A stretch of DNA of 64,000 nucleotides from Balanoglossus misakiensis (Eukaryota > Animalia > Hemichordata), in contig CM082587.2 in NCBI GenBank assembly GCA_040954595.2, positions 4,482,093 through 4,546,092 on the forward strand, in the 5' to 3' direction. Shown piece after piece: positions 62,801-64,000 of this stretch. Both the position numbers and the translations under genes were made by a program. The notes under the pieces are model-generated. The model worked only from the letters and a program-made list of their open reading frames with translations. It had not been told where the DNA came from and made no database searches. Each line of letters starts with the position of its first letter. Within the stretch, counting starts at the first letter, position 1.

Positions 62801-64000
62801 TCGTTGGCTCCCTGTGCCATTGTGATGGCTTCTTTCAAAGCAGCCATGGCTTCTTCCCTGAGGAAAAATGAAAATCGGAGTATTGAATGCTCATGGATTA
62901 AGCACCCTGGGTGTGATGGAAGTCTGACATTTGTATTATAAAGCTGGCTCTATTATGGACTAAAATTGCATACTCACACGTGTCCAAATCGGCAGTGCAC
63001 GCTGGCTAAATTGAGAGCAGCGTAGCGGAAACTGTGTCCGACCGTCACAGCGTTACCGTTGTCGGTGTAGGCGTGCTTGTCCGAGTAGCGGTACAGTTCA
63101 TGGATTGTGTTGCAGAACTCACTGATGCGCAGGTTGTTCAGGTAGCTCAGATAATGCTGTCGTGGGTGGAAAAAGTGAAAAAAAAAATCATTTTTTGAAC
63201 AGAAATATTTTCTTGTATGCGTGTATACTAGAGATATTTGAAATATGGTGCAAGTGTGGTTATCAGACCATGAAAGCAGTGACATATGAATAGACTGGTT
63301 ACCCTGTACTGCACCTCAGGTCGCATGATTTGGTGCAGCAGCCAGCAAAGAAAGGAATTAAGTGTTGGTTGGTGTGAACTTACTGCCTCAGCTAAGCCAG
63401 GATTTCCTTTCAACAACTCCGCTATCTGGTTCTGCATGTCTTTGGGTGACAGGGCTTGGTTCTCATGGGTCTGCAACATTCCTGCCTGTGTCGACGAACA
63501 ACGTGGACATCAATTTTGAAAGCGCAAAATTGCATGAAAAAATCACTGTGAAATCCAGAATGCTATAACTACTTTGTTTGTAATGTTTAGTCATTCCCTT
63601 ACCTGATGAGCGATGAAGTACTCTGCCTGTTTCTGTGAAAATATTCCTCCTGATAGAAAATTTGAACTTCTGACAGAAGATAAAAACAGTGAGTTTCCCA
63701 GGTTAATGCATTTTCTCACTAAATCTTGTCACAGATATAGAAAACAAAAAGTCACCTTTTCTTGGTAGGAAGTGTGAAGGTGGAATTAAACAGATCTGGA
63801 CAGACTGCCAACGCACCTCGTATGATGTGGTTCATCCTTCTCTGCGATTAGGTCTTCTGTGGTCAATTTACTGTCATCCGCCTCGCCTTCCTCCACCACC
63901 TCGCTGAAATCTCGGTGTTGTTGGCAGTACTGTCTCACCAGTTTGTACAGATTTGAGATCTGACTGAAAGACAACTTGTCGAAGCCGAGGATCATTCTTC
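59837..64000 (-). CDS. ANAPC5: Anaphase-promoting complex subunit 5 (TPR protein), 5'-truncated by the window edge
   Basis: Sixteen phase-consistent exons: 64000-63817, 63669-63603, 63485-63384, 63156-62978, 62857-62776, 62682-62590, 62466-62399, 62209-62096, 62010-61800, 61646-61525, 61422-61306, 61047-60900, 60725-60656, 60449-60357, 60178-60084, 59953-59837. Motifs DKLSFSQ, FSQKQAEYF, AEAHYLSYLNNLR, RYAALNLASVHCRFGH, LPYLASLGIQ and the C-terminal ARIYNELGYQSERNKSALLFRQLDQQFP match APC5. Confidence 0.93.
61170..61299. mobile_element. Small TA-flanked MITE-like remnant in an ANAPC5 intron
   Basis: Termini TACTGTTA ... TTACAGTA. The right end TTCGCGAAAATTTCCCGTTTTACAGTA is a typical non-autonomous DNA-transposon end and abuts the splice donor at 61305-61300. 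Confidence 0.5.

Noticed and set aside
1-64000. CRISPR arrays, operons, intact transposase or reverse transcriptase
   Set aside because: Spliced eukaryotic locus; no regularly spaced repeats and no such ORFs.

Overview
AT-rich, intron-containing animal genomic DNA. Gene content and repeat style suggest a marine invertebrate, possibly a non-vertebrate deuterostome; this is inference and the species cannot be fixed from sequence. Five protein-coding genes can be built by hand with phase-consistent splice junctions. (1) The 3' part of an SGNH/GDSL hydrolase-fold gene (+, <2-1099), uninterrupted within the window. (2) An RGS3-like R4-family regulator of G-protein signalling (+, five coding exons 34539-43152), preceded by ~33 kb of non-coding DNA with candidate first exons and microexons. 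(3) A complete TRMT1L-like tRNA methyltransferase (-, 8 exons, 489 aa). (4) A complete type II glutamine synthetase (-, 6 coding exons, 376 aa) with a CpG-rich upstream region. (5) The 3' 16 exons of ANAPC5 (-), including one GC-AG intron. Several short MITE-like repeats and simple repeats are present. No CRISPR, rRNA, tRNA or intact transposon was seen. The most interesting points are the RGS-TRMT1L-GLUL cluster (mirroring human 1q25.3), a candidate Met-Cys (oxygen-sensing N-degron) first exon for the RGS, nutrient-stress motifs around glutamine synthetase, and the unassigned SGNH enzyme. I found no unambiguous new biological system; the leads below are hypotheses.
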